From assembly GCA_037133055.1 (NCBI GenBank), contig JBAXOY010000019.1, forward strand, positions 1 to 36,483: a stretch of 36,483 nucleotides of DNA, read 5' to 3'. A model generated the notes under the pieces. The model was not told the origin of the DNA, did not search any database, and saw only the letters and a list, made by a program, of their open reading frames with translations. The stretch is from Chlamydiota bacterium (GTDB lineage Bacteria > Auribacterota > Tritonobacteria > UBA1439). Positions 9,587 to 18,763 of the stretch are shown piece after piece. Within the stretch, counting starts at the first letter, position 1, and each line of letters starts with the position of its first letter. A program made the translations under genes and the position numbers.

Positions 9587-11314
9587 TCACGGCTTTCCCT
9601 GGACGAAGAGGGGGATGATCTTCTGGGCCGAGACCTTCACGAGCCCCTTGTCGGTGAGCTTGAGCTCGGGGATGACCGAGAGCGAGAGGAACGAGAGCGT
9701 CATGAACGGGTCCTCGAGCGTGCAGCCCATGTCCCTGGTGACGGCAATCAGGGCGTTGAGCTCGTCCTTGACCTCCCCGACGGACTTCTCCGACATCAGC
9801 CCGGCGATGGGGAGCGCGACGCTCGCCACGAGCTTCCCGTCGACCACCGCGGTGAGGCCCCCCTGGAGCTTCCTGATCTTTATCACCGCCTCCATGATGT
9901 CGGCGTCGTTCGTCCCGACCGCGATGATGTTGTGCGAGTCGTGCGCCACGGACGAGGCGATCGCGCCCCGCTTCAACCCGAAGCCGCGCACGAGCCCCCT
10001 GCCGATGTTCGGGGACGCGTGATGGCGCTCGACCACGACCATCTTGAGGATATCGCGCCGCGTGTCCGCGACCACCCTGCCGGCGACGACGAGGGGCTTG
10101 AGGAGCTCAACCCGCGTGATAAGCTGCCCCGGCACGAGCCCGATCACGCGGCAGCGCCCGCGGGAGGCGGGGATCTCCAGATACTCGCGCTTCAGCCACT
10201 GGATGTTGATGGATCCGCGGAGCGGCTCTGCGGGCCGCAGCGCCCCCGAGGCCGCGGGGAGCAGCGCGCCGTCCCGGGCCACGAGCCGCCCGTTCTTGAA
10301 GACCATCTCGATGTTGAAATCCCTGAAGTTGTCGATCACCGCGATGTCGGCGATCTTCCCCGGGGCGACCGCGCCGAGATCCTCGAGCCCGTAGTGGCGC
10401 GCGGTGTTGAGCGTGCACATCCTGATCGCCGTCACGGGGGGCAGCCCGAGACGCATCGCCTTCCTGATGACGGCGTTCATGTGCCCGTCTTCCGCCAGGA
10501 CCTGGGGATGCCGGTCGTCGGTGCAGAAGGTGCAATGCGGGGCGGTCTCCGGGGTGACCATGGGCAGGAGCGCCTCCATGTTGCGCGCGCACCCCCCCTC
10601 CCTGATCATGATGGTGATGCCCAGACGGAGCTTCTCCAGCGCCTCGTCCTTCGTCATGCACTCGTGGTCCGAGGAGATCCGCGCGGCCGCATAGGCGCAG
10701 AGGTCCTTGCCGGTGAGGCCTGGGGCATGGCCGTCGATCACCCGGCGCCCCGCGATCTTGATCTTGTCCAGGATCGCCGGGTCGCAGGCGAGGAGCCCGG
10801 GGTAATTCATCATCTCCGCGAGGCCGAGCACCCATTCCTGGTTGAGGAAGAAAAAGATGTCGGTGGCCCTGAGTTCAGCCCCCGGCGTCTCGAGCGGCGA
10901 TGACGGCACGCAGGAGGGGACCATCACGAAGACGTTGAGCGGATTGTACTTGCTGGACCTGAGCATGTAGCTGATTCCGTCGAGCCCCATGACATTGGCG
11001 ATCTCGTGCGGGTCCGCCACCACCGTCGTGGTGCCGAGCGGCACGACGACGCGGGCGAACTCCGGCACCGTCACCATGGTGCTCTCGAGATGGAGGTGCG
11101 AGTCCATGAATCCGGGCGCGACGATCTTCCCCGCGAGATTGTATTCCCTGATCCCGCGATAGCTCCCGAGCCCGACGATCCTTTCCCCCAGGATGGCGAC
11201 ATCCGTCCTGTAGCATTCCCCGGAATAGACGTTGACGACCCGGGCATTTTTAAGCACTACGTCCGCCCTGATCTTTCCCCGCGCGACCTTGATCATCTTC
11301 TCTATATCCGGCAT
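9587..11314 (-). CDS. ade: Adenine deaminase
   Basis: DSHLHLEST, DPHEIANV, LAEMMNYPG, DGHAP, SSDHE, IREG, CTDD, SVAHDSHN, LPIAGLMS, IPELKLTDKGL. Confidence 0.95.
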   Translation of the reverse strand: MPDIEKMIKVARGKIRADVVLKNARVVNVYSGECYRTDVAILGERIVGLGSYRGIREYNLAGKIVAPGFMDSHLHLESTMVTVPEFARVVVPLGTTTVVADPHEIANVMGLDGISYMLRSSKYNPLNVFVMVPSCVPSSPLETPGAELRATDIFFFLNQEWVLGLAEMMNYPGLLACDPAILDKIKIAGRRVIDGHAPGLTGKDLCAYAAARISSDHECMTKDEALEKLRLGITIMIREGGCARNMEALLPMVTPETAPHCTFCTDDRHPQVLAEDGHMNAVIRKAMRLGLPPVTAIRMCTLNTARHYGLEDLGAVAPGKIADIAVIDNFRDFNIEMVFKNGRLVARDGALLPAASGALRPAEPLRGSINIQWLKREYLEIPASRGRCRVIGLVPGQLITRVELLKPLVVAGRVVADTRRDILKMVVVERHHASPNIGRGLVRGFGLKRGAIASSVAHDSHNIIAVGTNDADIMEAVIKIRKLQGGLTAVVDGKLVASVALPIAGLMSEKSVGEVKDELNALIAVTRDMGCTLEDPFMTLSFLSLSVIPELKLTDKGLVKVSAQKIIPLFVQGKP

Positions 11315-11530
11315 GGCGACGATTCCTTTACTTCCCGCACCGCTTCCGTCCGCCGATGCAGGCGGCCGCCGGCACGCACAGGTAGGGGACCGCGGGGATA
11401 CTGAACCTCGGCGCGTTCTCCGGCCGCCTTGAACATGTACGCGTGCACCACCCCGAGGCGGGCGAGCTCCGCCTTCCCGTAGATGAGCCAGCCCTGCCCG
11501 TTCGAGCGGTCAGCGCAGGCTCCTTGACCT

Positions 11531-12616
11531 TCAGGAATTTGCCGCGCGGAACTCCCCGAGAAACTCCGTCAGGGCCTTGACCCCCCTGAGCGGCATGGCG
11601 TTGTAGATCGAGGCGCGCATCCCCCCCATGGTCCGGTACCCCTTGAGCCCGATCAGCTTCCGCGCCTTCGCCTCCGCGATGCACTTTTCGTCGAGCTGTT
11701 CGCTCGGCAGGCGGAACGTCACGTTCATGCGCGAGCGCGAGTCGTGTCGCGCGAGGGGGCGGTAGAAGCCGTTCGACCCGTCGATGCAGGCGTACAGGGC
11801 CCTCGCCTTCCTCTTGTTGAGCTTCTCGATGTAGGGAAGGCCTCCGTTCGCCTTGAGGTCCCTCAGGGCCAGCAGCGAGAGATAGATGGCGAAGCAGGGG
11901 GGCGTGTTGTGCATCGACCCCTTGTCCACGTGGGTCGCGTAGGAGACCATCGTGGGGAGCTTCTTCACGCGGGCCCGCGCCACCATATCCTCCCTGATGA
12001 TCACCACCGTCACGCCGGCCGGCCCAAGGTTCTTCTGCGCGCCCGCATAGAGGAGCGCCACCTTCGACCAGTCGATCGCGTGGCTGAGGAAATCAGAGGA
12101 CGCGTCGACGACGAGCGGCACCTGGCCCGTCTCCGGGAACTTCAGCCACTCGATCCCCCCGATCGTCTCGTTCGAGGTGATGTGAAGGTACGACGCGTTG
12201 GGATCGATCCGGAAATCCCTGGGGATGTAGGAGTAGTTCGCGTCCTCGGAGGAGGCGGGTATCGCCACCTCGCCGAAGAACTTCGCCTCCTTGATGGCGG
12301 CCTTTGCCCACGAGCCGGTGTCGATGTAGGCAGGGGGCTTGCCCTCGATGGAGAGGTTCCACGGCACATGGAAGAACTGCGTCGACGCGCCGCCATGGAG
12401 CCAGAGGACATGGAACCCTGCGGGGAGGGCGTAGAGCTCCTTCACAAGGGCCGTCGCCTCGTCGATCACCGCCTGGAACTCCTTCGACCGGTGGCTGATC
12501 TCGCAGACAGACATTCCGATCCCGTGAAAATCGAGAAGCTCCTTTTTTGCCTCTTTGAGCGCCTTCAGGGGGAGCGTGGCCGGCCCCGCGTAAAAATTAA
12601 ATACCCGCTTTCCCAT
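11531..12616 (-). CDS. serC: Phosphoserine aminotransferase
   Basis: NFYAGPA, EISHRS, GGASTQF, TSNETIGG, DASSD, YAGAQKNLGPAG (PLP lysine), NTPP, RSRMNV, RASIYNA. Confidence 0.95.
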   Translation of the reverse strand: MGKRVFNFYAGPATLPLKALKEAKKELLDFHGIGMSVCEISHRSKEFQAVIDEATALVKELYALPAGFHVLWLHGGASTQFFHVPWNLSIEGKPPAYIDTGSWAKAAIKEAKFFGEVAIPASSEDANYSYIPRDFRIDPNASYLHITSNETIGGIEWLKFPETGQVPLVVDASSDFLSHAIDWSKVALLYAGAQKNLGPAGVTVVIIREDMVARARVKKLPTMVSYATHVDKGSMHNTPPCFAIYLSLLALRDLKANGGLPYIEKLNKRKARALYACIDGSNGFYRPLARHDSRSRMNVTFRLPSEQLDEKCIAEAKARKLIGLKGYRTMGGMRASIYNAMPLRGVKALTEFLGEFRAANS

Positions 12617-12695
12617 TGTTGCACCTCCCGTGGTGACGCTGCCGCGTCATCTGTCCGCAAGGGAGACATGATAGTAAAACCGACGGGTCCCGTCC

Positions 12696-12725
12696 AGCCC
12701 GAGTTGGCGCAGTCCGAGTTGGCGC
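12696..12725. repeat. 15-bp tandem duplication AG(C/T)CCGAGTTGGCGC x2 in the divergent serC/DUF1015 intergenic region
   Basis: AGCCCGAGTTGGCGC at 12696-12710 and AGTCCGAGTTGGCGC at 12711-12725, read directly. Confidence 0.8.
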
Positions 12726-12746
12726 CCCTCCCGTGAGGAAAACGCG

Positions 12747-12775
12747 TTGACGCGGGCGCCCGCGGTCCCTATCAT
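12747..12775 (+). promoter_or_regulatory. Sigma70-type promoter for the DUF1015-serA-gdh unit
   Basis: TTGACG-N17-TATCAT, about 35 nt upstream of ATG 12810. Confidence 0.6.
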
Positions 12776-12809
12776 AGTGCATTCACCACGAGGCGGAGGG
12801 GAGAGGACC

Positions 12810-14120
12810 ATGGCAGCCATCTACCCATTCAGGGGATACCGCTACAACCAGGAAAAGGTAAAGGACGTCGGCCTGGTGTTCGCCGAGCCGTACGACAAGA
12901 TCACCCCAGAGCTCCAGGAAAAATACTACCGGCGGCACCCTTACAATATCGTCCGCTTCTCCAAGGGGAAGACCACCGCGCAGGATTCTCCCAAAGACAA
13001 TCAGTACACGCGGGCGCGGGCATTTCTCGACGCGTGCATCGCGGAGGGGATCCTCGTGCGCGAGGCGATCGAGGCCCTCTATGTCTACGAGCAGGAGTAC
13101 TCGTTCGCGGGCGGGCCCGTCAAGACGCGGCGCGGCTTCATCGCCCTCGGCCGTCTCGAGGAGTTCGGGAAGGGCGGGGTGATGCCGCACGAGCGGACCC
13201 TCGCCGGCCCCAAGGCCGACCGGTTGAACCTCATGCAGGCGACCGCCGCGCAGTCGGGCCTCATCTTCATGCTCTACTCCGACCCGGAACAGGCGGTCAC
13301 GCGCGCCCTCTCGCAGGCGACCCGGCGGCCGCCCGAGATCGAGGCGCGCGACGACGACGGGGTGGTCCACCGCGTGTGGGTCGTGACCGACCCCGGGGTC
13401 CACCGGGCCGTGCAGGCGCTCATGAAGGAGAAGGCGCTCTTCATCGCCGACGGGCACCACCGCTACGAGACGGCGCTGAACTACCGGCGGGAGATGCGGG
13501 GCAAGGGCGTGAAGTGCCTCCCCGGCAACGAGTGTTTCGACAACCATATCATGGCGTTCATCTCCATGGAGGACCTCGGCCTTACCATCCTCCCGACGCA
13601 CCGCCTGCTCCACCATCTCGCCCCCGCGCAGGTCGCGACATTTCCGGAGAAGCTCGGGCGCTTCTTCGCGCGTGAACGCTGCCGCGGGCTCGAGGAGATG
13701 CTCGACCGGATGAAGACCGGCCGGCCGGGAGACCACCGCTTCGGCCTCTACCTCGGCAAGGCGTTCACGCTGCTCACCCTGAGGGACGAGGCCGCGGCCG
13801 CTTCCCTCATGCGCGCCGACGCGTCCCCCGACTGGAAGAAGCTCGACGTGAGCATCATCCATGCCATAATGGAAGCGCTCCTCGGCATCGACAGGAAGAA
13901 GCTCGAGGAGGAGGCCCACGTCGCCTACGAGCGCTACGCCGATGCCGCCGTGGCCGCCGTAGACGCGGGCGACCGCCAGATGGCGATATTCCTCAACCCC
14001 ACCAAGGCGTCCGAGGTGGCGAGGGTCGCGGGGAACGGCGAGCGGATGCCCCAGAAGTCCACGGACTTCTACCCTAAGCTCTACACCGGCCTGGTGCTGA
14101 ACGCGCTGAACCTGCCGTGA
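12810..14120 (+). CDS. DUF1015 family protein
   Basis: PFRGYRY, PYDKI, HPYNIVR, LYVYEQ, PHERTL, FIADGHHRYETAL, ILPTHRL, MPQKSTDFYPKLYTGL. GAGAGGA RBS before ATG 12810. Confidence 0.9.
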   Translation: MAAIYPFRGYRYNQEKVKDVGLVFAEPYDKITPELQEKYYRRHPYNIVRFSKGKTTAQDSPKDNQYTRARAFLDACIAEGILVREAIEALYVYEQEYSFAGGPVKTRRGFIALGRLEEFGKGGVMPHERTLAGPKADRLNLMQATAAQSGLIFMLYSDPEQAVTRALSQATRRPPEIEARDDDGVVHRVWVVTDPGVHRAVQALMKEKALFIADGHHRYETALNYRREMRGKGVKCLPGNECFDNHIMAFISMEDLGLTILPTHRLLHHLAPAQVATFPEKLGRFFARERCRGLEEMLDRMKTGRPGDHRFGLYLGKAFTLLTLRDEAAAASLMRADASPDWKKLDVSIIHAIMEALLGIDRKKLEEEAHVAYERYADAAVAAVDAGDRQMAIFLNPTKASEVARVAGNGERMPQKSTDFYPKLYTGLVLNALNLP

Positions 14121-14155
14121 CAAGGCGGCAGCCACACACAAAGAGAGGAGGCGTC

Positions 14156-15076
14156 ATGAAAAAAGTCATTATCTGTGATCCCCTGGCGAAGGAGGCGGTG
14201 GCGGTCCTCAAGGGCGCGGGCCTCGCGGTGGACGAGAGGTCCGGCCTGAAGGAGGACGATCTCGTACAGTGCATCGGCGACTACCACGGCGTCATCGTCC
14301 GAAGCGCGACGAAGATCACCCGCAGGGTGATCGAGGCGGGCGCGAAGCTCGAGGTGATCGCGCGCGGCGGCGTCGGCCTCGACAACATCGATACCGCGTG
14401 CGCGAGGGAGCGCGGCATCCCCGTGGTCAACACCCCCCGCGCCTCCTCCATGTCCGTCGCCGAGCTCGCGATAGGCATGATGTTCGCCGTCGCCCGGGCC
14501 ATCCCTGCGGCCGACGCCTCGATCAAGGCGGGGAAGTGGGAGAAAAAGAAGTTCATGGGGTCCGAGCTGTACGGGAAGAAGCTCGGGGTCATCGGCATCG
14601 GCCGCATCGGCCAGGAGGTCGCCGTGCGCGCGCTGGGCCTCGGGATGAAGGTCACGACCTACGACCCGATCAGCTGCTGCGCGCCCGTCCTCCAGGCCCC
14701 GCTCATGGACGCCTGCGACCTCGACTGCCTGCTGAGGGAGTCCGACGTCATCACCCTGCACATCCCGAAGACGAAGGACACCGCGCACATGCTCGGGGCG
14801 AAGCAGTTCGAGATGATGAAGAAGGGCGTCATCATCATCAACTGCGCCCGCGGCGGCGTGGTCGACGAGAAGGCCCTCCTCGACGCCCTGAAGAGCGGGA
14901 GGGTCCGAGGCGCGGCGCTGGACGTCTTCGAGACCGAGCCGCCCGCGCCGGACAACCCGCTGCTCGCGCTCGAGAACGTGGTCGTCACCCCGCACATCGG
15001 CGCATCCACCGCGGAGGGGCAGTTCCGCGTGGGGACCGAGATCGCGGCGCTCGTGGTCGAAAAACTCAATGCGTGA
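14156..15076 (+). CDS. serA: D-3-phosphoglycerate dehydrogenase (short form, no ASB/ACT domain)
   Basis: IVRSATKIT, RGGVGLDNID, SVAELAIG, GIGRIG, INCARGGVVDE, LDVFETEP, TPHIGAST; about 306 aa; GGAGG RBS; next to serC. Confidence 0.85.
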   Translation: MKKVIICDPLAKEAVAVLKGAGLAVDERSGLKEDDLVQCIGDYHGVIVRSATKITRRVIEAGAKLEVIARGGVGLDNIDTACARERGIPVVNTPRASSMSVAELAIGMMFAVARAIPAADASIKAGKWEKKKFMGSELYGKKLGVIGIGRIGQEVAVRALGLGMKVTTYDPISCCAPVLQAPLMDACDLDCLLRESDVITLHIPKTKDTAHMLGAKQFEMMKKGVIIINCARGGVVDEKALLDALKSGRVRGAALDVFETEPPAPDNPLLALENVVVTPHIGASTAEGQFRVGTEIAALVVEKLNA

Positions 15077-15099
15077 TTCGTCACCAAAGGAGCAGCGAC

Positions 15100-16368
15100 A
15101 TGAAGAAGATCCTTAAAAGCGTCGACGGGCAGGGCCCGCTCGACATGGTGCTGAAGCAGCTCGACGTCGCGGTCCAGAAGCTCGGCATCAGCCCCGACAT
15201 CCACGAGAAACTGAAGCAGCCGCAGCGCATCCTCATCGTCTCCGTGCCGATCCGCATGGACAGCGGGCGCGTGCAGGTCTTCACCGGCTACCGGGTCCAG
15301 CACAGCATGGAGCGCGGCCCCTGCAAGGGGGGCATCCGCTACCACCCCCAGGTCGACCTGAACGAGATCACGGCGCTCGCCATGCTGATGACCTGGAAGT
15401 GCGCGGTCGTCAACATCCCCTACGGCGGCGCCAAGGGCGGGGTGGTCTGCGACCCGTCGCAGATGTCCGAGTTCGAGATCGAGCGGATGACCCGCCGCTA
15501 CGCCAGCGAGATCGCGATCATCATCGGCCCCGACAGGGACATCCCCGCCCCCGACGTGAACACCAACCCCAAGATCATGGGCTGGATCATGGACACCTTC
15601 AGCATGAACCACGGCCATTCGGTCCCCGGCGTGGTGACGGGCAAGCCGATCTGCCTCGGGGGGTCCAAGGGAAGGCTCGAGGCGACCGCGCGCGGCGTCT
15701 TCTTCGTTACCGAGCAGGTGTGCGCCTACAAGGGGATCGAGCTCAGCCGGAGCTCGTTCGCCATCCAGGGGTTCGGGAACGTCGGGTCGCACTCCGCCCG
15801 GATCATCCACGAGCACGGGGGGAAGATCGTCGCGGTGAGCGACGTGAGCGGCGGCGTGCACAACCCGGCGGGGCTTGACGTCCCGGGGCTGCTCGCCCAC
15901 GTGGCGAAGACCGGGGCGGTGAAGGGGTTTGCGGGGGCGAAGGCGATCACGAACGCGCACCTCCTCGAGTGCGCGTGCGACATCCTCATTCCCGCGGCGC
16001 TCGAGGGGCAGATCACCGCGGAGAACGCCCCGAGGATCAAGGCGAAGATCATCGTAGAGGCCGCCAACGCCCCAACGACCCCCGCGGGAGACGTCATCCT
16101 CAACCAGCGCGGCATCCTGGCAGTGCCGGACATCCTCGCGAACGCCGGCGGCGTCACCGTCTCCTACTTCGAGTGGGTGCAGAGCCTCCAGGAATATTTC
16201 TGGAGCGAGGAGGAGGTCAACGAGCGGCTCCACCGCGTGATGACGCAGTCGTTCGTCGAGGTCATCGCCCTGATGGAAAAGCACCGGGTGGACATGCGGA
16301 CGGCGGCGATGATGCTGGGCGTGAGCCGCGTCGCCGAGGCGTGCGGCTACCGGGGGCTGTGGCCGTAA
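15100..16368 (+). CDS. gdhA: Glu/Leu/Phe/Val dehydrogenase (glutamate dehydrogenase, copy 1)
   Basis: GYRVQHS, KGGIRYHP, MTWKCAV, GGAKGG, DIPAPDVNT, VTGKP, QGFGNVG, PDILANAGGVTVSYFEW. The real start is ATG 15100 (AAGGAG RBS), not 14269. Confidence 0.92.
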   Translation: MKKILKSVDGQGPLDMVLKQLDVAVQKLGISPDIHEKLKQPQRILIVSVPIRMDSGRVQVFTGYRVQHSMERGPCKGGIRYHPQVDLNEITALAMLMTWKCAVVNIPYGGAKGGVVCDPSQMSEFEIERMTRRYASEIAIIIGPDRDIPAPDVNTNPKIMGWIMDTFSMNHGHSVPGVVTGKPICLGGSKGRLEATARGVFFVTEQVCAYKGIELSRSSFAIQGFGNVGSHSARIIHEHGGKIVAVSDVSGGVHNPAGLDVPGLLAHVAKTGAVKGFAGAKAITNAHLLECACDILIPAALEGQITAENAPRIKAKIIVEAANAPTTPAGDVILNQRGILAVPDILANAGGVTVSYFEWVQSLQEYFWSEEEVNERLHRVMTQSFVEVIALMEKHRVDMRTAAMMLGVSRVAEACGYRGLWP

Positions 16369-16394
16369 GAATACCCGCGGGTTCAAGCGGTACT

Positions 16395-16883
16395 CTACCC
16401 CAGATTTTTTATCTCCACACTCATATCATCGGTATCGAGGATGGCGACGGTGCTGCGGCCGGTGATCCAGCCGCAGCACTCGCCCGGGTTCACCACGAGC
16501 GTCTTTGTCCCCTTCCGGACGACGGCCTCGTGCGTATGACCATAGACGATCACGTCGTAGACGCCGCTCGACTCGAGCGCGGCGAGCGCGTCCGGGGCGT
16601 GGATCAGGAGGATCCTCCTTCCCATCGCCTCCCCCTCCCACGCCCGCTCGTGGATCTCGGCGAACGGGGCGAACTTCTCCCTCAAGTAAAGCTTCTCGCC
16701 GTCGTTGTTCCCGAAGACCGCGATCATGCGCATCTCGAGTTTCACGAATTCCTTTGCCGTGATCGGCGAGATGATGTCCCCCGCGTGGAGGACGAGCTCC
16801 GCGCGCTCCCGGTTGAACAGACCGACCGCTTTCGCGATCATCGGCATGTGCTCGTGAGAGTCCGCCATAAGCCCGATTTTCAT
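16395..16883 (-). CDS. Calcineurin-like metallophosphoesterase (YfcE/MJ0936 family)
   Basis: ADSH, HAGD, GNND, GHTH and NPGE motifs. Confidence 0.92.
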   Translation of the reverse strand: MKIGLMADSHEHMPMIAKAVGLFNRERAELVLHAGDIISPITAKEFVKLEMRMIAVFGNNDGEKLYLREKFAPFAEIHERAWEGEAMGRRILLIHAPDALAALESSGVYDVIVYGHTHEAVVRKGTKTLVVNPGECCGWITGRSTVAILDTDDMSVEIKNLG

Positions 16884-16943
16884 TGTTCTCTTCTCCCTCC
16901 AGATGCGCGACTATTCCTGTTGTCTTTGTTTCAAGAAATGCCC

Positions 16944-16972
16944 TTGCCTTTTGCGTGGGATTAGTATATCAC
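16944..16972 (+). promoter_or_regulatory. Possible sigma70 promoter for the gdh2-stn-like operon
   Basis: TTGCCT-N17-TATCAC in an AT-richer divergent intergenic region. Confidence 0.35.
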
Positions 16973-17007
16973 TTGTCCCTGCACACCACACCGGGGAGGG
17001 AGCTGCG

Positions 17008-18261
17008 ATGAAGACGAAACCGATGACCGCGTGGGACGTTGCGCTCGAACAGCTCGATACCGTCGCGAGGCTCATCACACTAGACCCGTACATCCACGAG
17101 CGCCTGCGCCACCCGCAGCGCGAGCTCACCGTGTCGATTCCGATGCGGATGGACGACGGGACTCCGCGGGTCTTCACCGGCTACCGGGTCCAGCACTCGC
17201 TCATCCGCGGCCCCTCGAAGGGGGGTATCCGCTACCACCCCGATGTCACCATCGAAGAGGTCAGGGCGCTCGCCATGTGGATGACCTGGAAATGCGCGGT
17301 CGTCAACATCCCGTACGGCGGCGCCAAGGGCGGGGTGATCTGCAACCCGAAGGAGATGTCGCTGCGCGAGCTCGAAAACCTCACCCGCCGTTACGCCGTT
17401 GAGATATCGATCATCATCGGCCCCGCAAAGGATATCCCCGCCCCCGACGTCTACACGGACTCGCAGACGATGGCGTGGATCATGGACACCATCAGCATGA
17501 TGGCGGGATGGTCCGTCACGGGGGTCGTCACGGGGAAGCCGATCGACATCGGTGGGTCGCTCGGGCGGAAGGAAGCCACGGGACGCGGCGTCATGGTCAC
17601 CGCGGTCGAGGCGATGAAGTGCAGGGGGATCGGCGTCGAGGGGGCGCGGGTCGCGGTGCAGGGGTTCGGCAACGCGGGATCAATCTCCGCGATGCTCATG
17701 CACGACCTCGGCGCGAAGATCATCGCGGTCTCCGACTCCCGCGGCGGCATCTTCAACCCGAAGGGGCTCGACCCCCACGCCGTGCTCGAGCACAAGACAC
17801 GGACGGGCTCCGTGAAGGGCTACGAGGGCGCGGACGCGGTCACGAACGAGGAGCTCCTCGAGCTCGACTGCGAGCTCCTCGTTCCCGCGGCGCTCGAAAA
17901 CCAGATCACTGAGTCGAACGCCCCGCGGGTAAAGGCGAAGATTGTCGCCGAGGCGGCGAACGGCCCCACCACTCCCGCCGCCGACAAAATCCTGCATGAC
18001 CGAGGAATCTTATGCGTCCCCGATATCCTCGCGAACGCGGGGGGCGTCACCGTGTCGTATTTCGAGTGGGCGCAGGATCTGCAGGCCTATTTCTGGAGCG
18101 AGAACGACGTGAACGAGAAGCTCCGCGCCATCATGGTATCGAGCTTCGATGCGGTTTTGAGGACCTCCGAGAAACACCGGGTCGATATGCGCACCGCCGC
18201 CCTCATCCTCGCGGTCGGCAGGGTGGGCAGCGCCATGAAGATCCGCGGCCTGTGGCCGTGA
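17008..18261 (+). CDS. gdhA: Glu/Leu/Phe/Val dehydrogenase (glutamate dehydrogenase, copy 2)
   Basis: Same motif set as copy 1 (KGGIRYHP, GGAKGG, QGFGNAG, NAGGVTVSYFEW); GGAG-type RBS before ATG 17008. Confidence 0.92.
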   Translation: MKTKPMTAWDVALEQLDTVARLITLDPYIHERLRHPQRELTVSIPMRMDDGTPRVFTGYRVQHSLIRGPSKGGIRYHPDVTIEEVRALAMWMTWKCAVVNIPYGGAKGGVICNPKEMSLRELENLTRRYAVEISIIIGPAKDIPAPDVYTDSQTMAWIMDTISMMAGWSVTGVVTGKPIDIGGSLGRKEATGRGVMVTAVEAMKCRGIGVEGARVAVQGFGNAGSISAMLMHDLGAKIIAVSDSRGGIFNPKGLDPHAVLEHKTRTGSVKGYEGADAVTNEELLELDCELLVPAALENQITESNAPRVKAKIVAEAANGPTTPAADKILHDRGILCVPDILANAGGVTVSYFEWAQDLQAYFWSENDVNEKLRAIMVSSFDAVLRTSEKHRVDMRTAALILAVGRVGSAMKIRGLWP

Positions 18262-18280
18262 GCGGCGGGATCGATCTTCC

Positions 18281-18763
18281 ATGAAACAGAGCCGACGCAC
18301 GGGAGCCGCGGCGCGCGCGCGACGGTTCAGGCGACTTCTCGTTTCCATGGGGAAGCGTCCCGGCGCCCTGATCCCCCTCCTTCAGGGCACGCAGGAGCTG
18401 TTCGGCTACCTTCCCGAGGAGTCGATGGTCCGCATCGCCCGCGCCCTCGGGCTTTCTCCGGCGGAGGTCTACGGGGTCGCGACCTTCTACGGGCAATTCC
18501 GCCTGAAGCCCGCGGGAAAGCACATCGTCACCGTCTGCCACGGCACCGCGTGCCACGTGGCGGGGGCGGAGAGGATCTCCGGGGCGCTCGAGCGCGCCCT
18601 CGGCGTCAAGGCCGGTGAGACGACCCGGGACAGGAAGTTCACCCTGCGCGATGTGGCGTGCCTCGGCTGCTGCAGCCTCTCCCCCGTGGTCATGGTCGAT
18701 AAGACCGTCCACGGGAAGCTCGCGTCCGCGGGGATCCCTGCTCTGCTCAAGAACTACGGATGA
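18281..18763 (+). CDS. NuoE/HydC-like [2Fe-2S] subunit (StnA-like)
   Basis: LIPLLQ, FGYLP, YGVATFY, VCHGTACHV, ACLGCCSLSPV. Confidence 0.9.
   Translation: MKQSRRTGAAARARRFRRLLVSMGKRPGALIPLLQGTQELFGYLPEESMVRIARALGLSPAEVYGVATFYGQFRLKPAGKHIVTVCHGTACHVAGAERISGALERALGVKAGETTRDRKFTLRDVACLGCCSLSPVVMVDKTVHGKLASAGIPALLKNYG

Noticed and set aside
14269..15099. N-terminal extension making GDH copy 1 a 699-aa fusion
   Set aside because: The extension overlaps serA in another frame and is low-complexity Arg/Gly-rich; a good RBS precedes ATG 15100.
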